A program made the translations under genes and the position numbers. From Obrimoposthia wandeli (Eukaryota): DNA of 64,000 nucleotides. Of the stretch, positions 58,925 to 64,000 are shown piece after piece. A model generated the notes under the pieces. It saw only the letters and a program-made list of their open reading frames with translations. It did not search any database and was not told the DNA's origin. Every line of letters starts with the position of its first letter. Within the stretch, counting starts at the first letter, position 1. The DNA lies in the NCBI GenBank assembly GCA_977020255.1, contig CDROCS010000998.1, forward strand, positions 186,001 to 250,000, read 5' to 3'.

Positions 58925-61891
58925 TTACCAAAAAACACCTGAAACATTAAGATAAAACTGTTCTTTTCCTAGATTTTCATCAAACCCATGCGCATAACCC
59001 AAAGTAACCGGTAGTGTTAAGCCATACCCTAACTTGGTTTCAATCGTTATTTGTACACCCGTTCCCGTTAGCTGTTGAATATCGTTACTCTTATTCCACG
59101 CTGCACCCGAATCTATAAACACTGAACCTGAAACATCGCCAAGACCAACGGGATACAGCCCCCAGTTGCGCTCTAATCGACCCAGCCACGTTTCTATTGC
59201 TAGCCGTTGAGTGGCATAGCGGTGACCTCGTTGTACCGATTCATCGTAGCCGCGTAATGCTTGCGTATCTCGTCCAAATAAACGCGATTCTTCAAAAAGA
59301 TCGGTTCCACCTAATCGGAATAACTTCGCGCTATCATCAGCATAACCAAAACCTAATCGCCCGGTTAACGTGGTTCTTCCGGTGAAATCCCATGTTCCTC
59401 GCCACTGCCCTTGGTATTTTTCACCGCTATAATCGCCATTAAATAATGCGTTTGTTTCCACAATAAAATCCGCATAGTGCCCCCAACCAATACCGGGCAC
59501 ATTTAAATATGTTTCGCGGTTATCGAATGTAAACGCAAAACCGAACAATGATTCATCAACGGGTCGAGATGGCGGAAGGTTAGACAAGCTAGGCTCTGAT
59601 ACCAGTAATTCTTTTTCCCAAGTAACACCAGCATGTAACGCTAAATCATCTTCCCATGCAGTGAACATGTTATTACGTTGCAGCAATATATTGTCATCTT
59701 GAGTAATACGCCAGCCTACCACTTCATTACCTGACGCTGCAGTTTGTATGAGATTTTCAATATTATGGCTGCGTTCATAAGCAAATAACCAGCGATTATC
59801 ATAACGATAACTCGCATTAAAATTAGCGACATTATTGTCAAAATCCCAAGTACTTGAAACCCAATAATTGTGCCGACTTAATGCATCAGAACCCGAGGTA
59901 ACAAACCCGACTTGCGTTGAGGTATCATCGATAAAAAGCAGTGGTAACCATGTGCGTGGGCGCAAACTTGGCCACGGGCTATAAGGTTCAACCGCCGACT
60001 TTTCACTGGTATTAACCACAACCGGCGGATAATCATACCGACCTTGCTGGCTGTTAACCGTAAATGTTGTTAGCGGCTTTGGTTGCTCAATAATCTTCAG
60101 GTAATATCCATCGGTATCATACGCTTGATAGGCTAACCCTGAATAAGGCTGCCACTGTGGCTGAAATGCCCCTCCGATTTCACGTGTCCATTGCGTTACT
60201 TCGCCAGAATTGGGGGCGATAACAAAAATATTATATATCCCCTCATAATCAGCACTGTATGCAATGCGCCCATCGGGTAAATAGACTGGACTATTTTCAG
60301 TGGCTTTTGTATCAGTAAGGGGCAGCCAATCTATATCTAAAAGAGTATTTGATGGTGTGTTTAGATTGAGAACTTGATTATTATTGGGGCTTTGATGACC
60401 TGTTGGAAGAGAAGTAATAGGCAGGCGTTCTAAATTCCACCCTTGATGCGGCCGTTTCATTGACGCAACAACAAAGTCTCCTGTTGGTGAAATATCAAAG
60501 CCACCTAACACATCCCCTTGTTCACCACGCCACACTAACGATGTATGTGAATTTTGCGAATCAATTAGCCAAAGCTCGCTTAATCCATCGACATTTCGAC
60601 TCGCTAATAGCTGTCGACCGTTTAACATCCAGCGTACTTTACGAAACCGTTGCCTTTCCGTCAGCCTTACCCAAGCATCATCTTGATAGCGAAACAAATC
60701 GTTAGTTTGTCGACCATCAACATAATCAACAATACGTGAAACAACTAGCCCACTAACAGGGTGCCAATCTAACGCTGTAACCCCTTTGCTATGAACAATA
60801 TCACGCCATTTATCTTCTGACTGTTCATCATTAATGAGTAGCGAGATGATGGAACGATCTTCACCATTTTTACGGGTAACCAATAACCCCTGATTACTTG
60901 GTGCGGTTACTTGTAAATACGGGTTAATTACAATATCTCGCCCAGTCACTGCTTGCTGAGCGAGTTCTCTTATTTGTGCGTCATAATGCGTTTCAAAATC
61001 TTGCTTAAAATCATCCCACAATTGGAAAAAATCTTTACCAAATGCTGTTTCAGCAGTGCCATTCAATAAAAAATAAGGAAGTAATTTTCGGCTATAATCC
61101 TGTAAAAAAAGCGCTAGTTTTTCTTCCCCATACGTTGTCACTAGATATTCAATAAAATATGCACCATACAAATATTGCGACCCTAACGGCCATTCGCGTG
61201 AAGCCACAACAACCTGTTCAAGATCGTTAAGCTTGCCGCTAGCCACTTCCATTCGCATTTGCATGTCATACACACTGCCTTGCAATCGCCCATAGCCCAG
61301 TGTTTTATTTGTTTCTAAGTAAACCGCCACCCCTTCAATAAGCATTGAAGGCGTTAAAGCATGAGGAAATAACAAGCCATTACGCCCAAGTACCTTACGG
61401 ACTCCTTTTACAGCCCCAGCACCGAGTTCCATGTGCATGATGTGTGCGTATTCATGACGAATAAGCATGTGTAGCCATTCGTCATTCGCTTCAAGACCAT
61501 TCGCATCTTCAGGGGGGCTCATGAATAAACGGATTTGAGCAAAAGGAAAAGGCGTTGCCCAGCCATTAGAAAAATCAAAATCATCGACCAATACAATTTC
61601 GGTACGGTTTTCTGGAGCAGAAATAAAAAATGGTAGCAGCTCGTTGTGAACACGCTCTGCAATGTCTAATGATTTAGCGGCTTGTGATTGATGCCCGTCG
61701 CGAAAGTGAATGGTGAAATGTTCAGAATGCTGGCTTAACCATGTTTGATTTTGGCGATCCCAAGAAACGGATTGGGCTGCCACTGCAGCAGGAACAATAG
61801 AGCTGACGCCAAGCAATAAACCGACTAATAGACAACTATGTGTACCAATATAAACGGTTCTTCTGAGAGTACTTCCCTTTACACTCATCAA
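58925..61891 (-). CDS. outer-membrane protein: N-terminal HExxH peptidase-like domain + TolB-like propeller + Omp85/BamA-type barrel
   Basis: Signal peptide; HEYAH then IEGVA; SP.GD and P..LPDGRIAYS PD40-like repeats; LRGY motif; alternating barrel strands; terminal aromatic. Confidence 0.75.
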   Translation of the reverse strand: MMSVKGSTLRRTVYIGTHSCLLVGLLLGVSSIVPAAVAAQSVSWDRQNQTWLSQHSEHFTIHFRDGHQSQAAKSLDIAERVHNELLPFFISAPENRTEIVLVDDFDFSNGWATPFPFAQIRLFMSPPEDANGLEANDEWLHMLIRHEYAHIMHMELGAGAVKGVRKVLGRNGLLFPHALTPSMLIEGVAVYLETNKTLGYGRLQGSVYDMQMRMEVASGKLNDLEQVVVASREWPLGSQYLYGAYFIEYLVTTYGEEKLALFLQDYSRKLLPYFLLNGTAETAFGKDFFQLWDDFKQDFETHYDAQIRELAQQAVTGRDIVINPYLQVTAPSNQGLLVTRKNGEDRSIISLLINDEQSEDKWRDIVHSKGVTALDWHPVSGLVVSRIVDYVDGRQTNDLFRYQDDAWVRLTERQRFRKVRWMLNGRQLLASRNVDGLSELWLIDSQNSHTSLVWRGEQGDVLGGFDISPTGDFVVASMKRPHQGWNLERLPITSLPTGHQSPNNNQVLNLNTPSNTLLDIDWLPLTDTKATENSPVYLPDGRIAYSADYEGIYNIFVIAPNSGEVTQWTREIGGAFQPQWQPYSGLAYQAYDTDGYYLKIIEQPKPLTTFTVNSQQGRYDYPPVVVNTSEKSAVEPYSPWPSLRPRTWLPLLFIDDTSTQVGFVTSGSDALSRHNYWVSSTWDFDNNVANFNASYRYDNRWLFAYERSHNIENLIQTAASGNEVVGWRITQDDNILLQRNNMFTAWEDDLALHAGVTWEKELLVSEPSLSNLPPSRPVDESLFGFAFTFDNRETYLNVPGIGWGHYADFIVETNALFNGDYSGEKYQGQWRGTWDFTGRTTLTGRLGFGYADDSAKLFRLGGTDLFEESRLFGRDTQALRGYDESVQRGHRYATQRLAIETWLGRLERNWGLYPVGLGDVSGSVFIDSGAAWNKSNDIQQLTGTGVQITIETKLGYGLTLPVTLGYAHGFDENLGKEQFYLNVSGVFW

Positions 61892-61996
61892 CGTTCCTTA
61901 TTCGATTAATCCCATGCTTGTAGCCATAGCACGTGTATCGCTAACACACTTTTTACGCCAAGGCATAAACATCATTACATTGAATAATATTATAGG

Positions 61997-62236
61997 ATGA
62001 CACACTTTTCTCAACTTTCCGACGAGCAAGACACAGCAATGATGGGGGATGAGCTTAAGATGATTGGGCGATGGCATGATTTAGTTAGTGGCACAGGAGT
62101 CGCAATATGTGAATCTGATAGCGCTGCAGCTATATCAGCGTATGCGCTGAAATGGAATAATGATATGGATATCTCAGTGCAAGTAGTCGTGGATGACACC
62201 ACGGCTAAAAAACTAGGAGAAAGCTTATTGTTATAA
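61997..62236 (+). CDS. DUF3303-like small protein, possibly N-terminally truncated
   Basis: IGRWHDL..GTGVAICE.D...W...D..VV.D pattern; in-frame TAA at 61985 upstream. Confidence 0.5.
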   Translation: MTHFSQLSDEQDTAMMGDELKMIGRWHDLVSGTGVAICESDSAAAISAYALKWNNDMDISVQVVVDDTTAKKLGESLLL

Positions 62237-62383
62237 GGCTCTGTTCAATAGCCTTTATCTAAGCGCCGCAAAGTGTGTAATACCATTATGGATAAGTACT
62301 GACTAATGCCTTTCGTTGTTGATATGCGATCTACAGTTCAAGAACGAAAGGCACAATTTATAGTATACCTTCATCAATCACGG

Positions 62384-62590
62384 CTATTGCATCCCCATTT
62401 GTACCTTGTATTTACTGACTGCACGTTCAAAAAAATCACGGTCATCATCGTCTGAAATATTATTGCTCAACTGTGCAAATGCATCATAACCCGCCTTGGC
62501 ATTTTTCACTTTCCACACGGTATAAGCAGCCTGCTTATCTAACTCGATGCGATTTCTCTCTGTTTGGGATAGAAGCGATAGGTTTTGCAT
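62384..62590 (-). CDS. DUF3283-like small protein
   Basis: NLSLL...E.NRIELDKQAAY.VWK.K pattern recalled from Vibrionaceae proteins. Confidence 0.6.
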   Translation of the reverse strand: MQNLSLLSQTERNRIELDKQAAYTVWKVKNAKAGYDAFAQLSNNISDDDDRDFFERAVSKYKVQMGMQ

Positions 62591-62675
62591 AATTGATCTC
62601 TACAGCATTACGATTAATAGCCGATCTTATAAGATTTTAGCTGTAATACCAATCGAATCATTTCACCACACCAAG

Positions 62676-63440
62676 CTAAAAGCCAAGTACAATTTTAAGA
62701 ATGATAAAGAAAGCCACAACCACTGCCATCATCAACATTACGCTCACAACAGGGCTAATGGTTGATGCACATGGGTTGCTAATTACATCGGCAAGCTTTG
62801 GCTCATCGTCGGTGCGATCTATCGGTGCTGTCACTAAATCAGCAATATAATGGTGGGCAGTCTCGATCGCGTCTTCACTTGAATCGATTACCTGCGCACT
62901 GAACCAGTGTTCGGTATCGACCAGTTGTTCACTCACAACAGGCAACGACTTCATCAATGTGCCACATCGGCGGTCAATAACCGATACCATGATCTGGTTG
63001 TCTTTTTCACCCAGTACCCAACACGGAAAATAATCACCATCTAATTTCACTTTACTTGGATACGGGTAATCAACTTGACTAACCGCCTGTAATAATCCTT
63101 CTTGTTCTGAAAATATTGACTGTAACCCTTGCAAGCCACGCTCTAACCAATGGCTCATATTATTGCGATAAACAGACTGCCGTAATGGTGTAACCCGCGC
63201 AAATCCACGTGCAATATATTCAATAAATGCATCTGAGATCGGTTGTTTATCTGTCCACATATCAGAGGTATTGATTGGCGTCAGATCAAGGCTGTGATAA
63301 ACCGTTCCATTGGTCGCAACCAACTTAATTTGATTACCACTACCTTCTGAACACTCGACACACCATGTACTTGCAAGCTCTGCTAATACGACAGGGTACA
63401 CACGTTCAACGGTCGCCAAATAGTGCTGATAATTTGTCAT
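62676..63440 (-). CDS. hypothetical protein with C-terminal TM anchor
   Basis: 254-aa ORF with AGAGGG RBS and hydrophobic C-terminus; no family recognised. Confidence 0.7.
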   Translation of the reverse strand: MTNYQHYLATVERVYPVVLAELASTWCVECSEGSGNQIKLVATNGTVYHSLDLTPINTSDMWTDKQPISDAFIEYIARGFARVTPLRQSVYRNNMSHWLERGLQGLQSIFSEQEGLLQAVSQVDYPYPSKVKLDGDYFPCWVLGEKDNQIMVSVIDRRCGTLMKSLPVVSEQLVDTEHWFSAQVIDSSEDAIETAHHYIADLVTAPIDRTDDEPKLADVISNPCASTISPVVSVMLMMAVVVAFFIILKIVLGF

Positions 63441-63686
63441 AGTACCCTCTCTTAATACATTGAAAAGTTATGTTAAACTCAAAAAATAATCGATTTTAGT
63501 TCCTCTTCATCATAATAATCTTCTTGATCATTAACTTTGACTTACCTCCTAGCTTGATAATTTTTTATACCATTTTACTTTTCATCATCCACTGCATCGC
63601 GATTAAAAGTCAGAAAAATCACTACAGTTAAAAAAACAACCCCACTAAGTTTAGTTCGAACGACAACAAGCACATATTCACCAGAC

Positions 63687-63720
63687 AAAAAAAATGCCAG
63701 TCATCAGACTGGCATTTTAT
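63687..63720 (-). terminator. intrinsic terminator of putP
   Basis: AAAATGCCAGTC-ATCA-GACTGGCATTTT with A-run. Confidence 0.85.
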
Positions 63721-63743
63721 TTTCAATTAAAATTGATTAGGCA

Positions 63744-64000
63744 TTAATCAAACTCTACAAGGTTCTTCTCGTATTGGTCGAATTGCTTTTGGATTTTCTC
63801 TGATGGCTCACCTGTTGTCAGGCTCACAATCACTACCGACAATGTCGCTAGAATAAAGCCTGGTACGATTTCATAGATATCGAAAATACCACCTGTAATC
63901 TGCTTCCAGATAACAACCGTTAATGCACCCACGATAATACCGACTAGCGCACCATTACGGTTCATACGCTTCCAGTAAAGGCTAAGTAACAGTACAGGAC
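63744..64000 (-). CDS. putP: sodium/proline symporter, C-terminal part (runs off window)
   Basis: LSLYWKRMNRNGAL.G...GALTV..W...YEIVPGF. Confidence 0.9.
   Translation of the reverse strand, partial: PVLLLSLYWKRMNRNGALVGIIVGALTVVIWKQITGGIFDIYEIVPGFILATLSVVIVSLTTGEPSEKIQKQFDQYEKNLVEFD

Noticed and set aside
291-63440. Numerous short antisense or overlapping ORFs in the track (e.g. 291-482, 6716-7030, 25880-26197, 34085-34543, 55488-56051)
   Set aside because: They overlap well-supported genes, lack family motifs or RBS, and are expected by chance.
1-64000. rRNA, tRNA, CRISPR array, IS/transposase, integron cassettes
   Set aside because: No regularly spaced repeats, cloverleaf-like segments or transposase/integrase motifs recognised by eye; tRNAscan, Infernal and CRISPR finders were not run.

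Overview
A 64-kb, mostly AT-rich gammaproteobacterial window. Gene content (lipase/foldase pair, DUF3283-like protein, putP, lpxL) suggests Vibrionaceae, possibly Photobacterium-like; this is inference. I recognised no rRNA, tRNA, CRISPR array, integrase or transposase. There is one N-gap (14515-14680). Main modules in order: (1) a cbb3 oxidase operon (ccoN, ccoO, no ccoQ) whose CcoP is fused to a TsdB/c4-like diheme and followed by the thiosulfate dehydrogenase tsdA, with a globin and a PCu(A)C copper chaperone nearby; (2) a CBS-less MgtE preceded by an unannotated Pro-Pro leader ORF and an RBS-adjacent hairpin; (3) lipase plus foldase; (4) a diaminopropionate catabolic cluster; (5) a ~14-kb island (22854-36828) holding a complete lasso-peptide cluster interleaved with three phage-tail-collar proteins, a GNAT, a DUF6916-like gene and an orphan cobS/cobT pair. 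Its 40-aa precursor at 33891-34013 is missing from the ORF track, and it also encodes B1, B2, cyclase, kinase, sulfotransferase, nucleotidyltransferase and an ABC exporter; (6) an Fe-ADH/Sel1/sulfatase/maturase operon with NemR-type operators; (7) a cystatin lipoprotein; (8) a sigma54-controlled DDAH-antiporter unit; (9) a LysR plus RND tripartite pump; (10) lpxL, a peptidase-propeller-Omp85 protein and the 3' end of putP. The strongest candidates for undescribed biology are the lasso/tail-collar/CobST island and the cbb3-TsdBA fusion operon.
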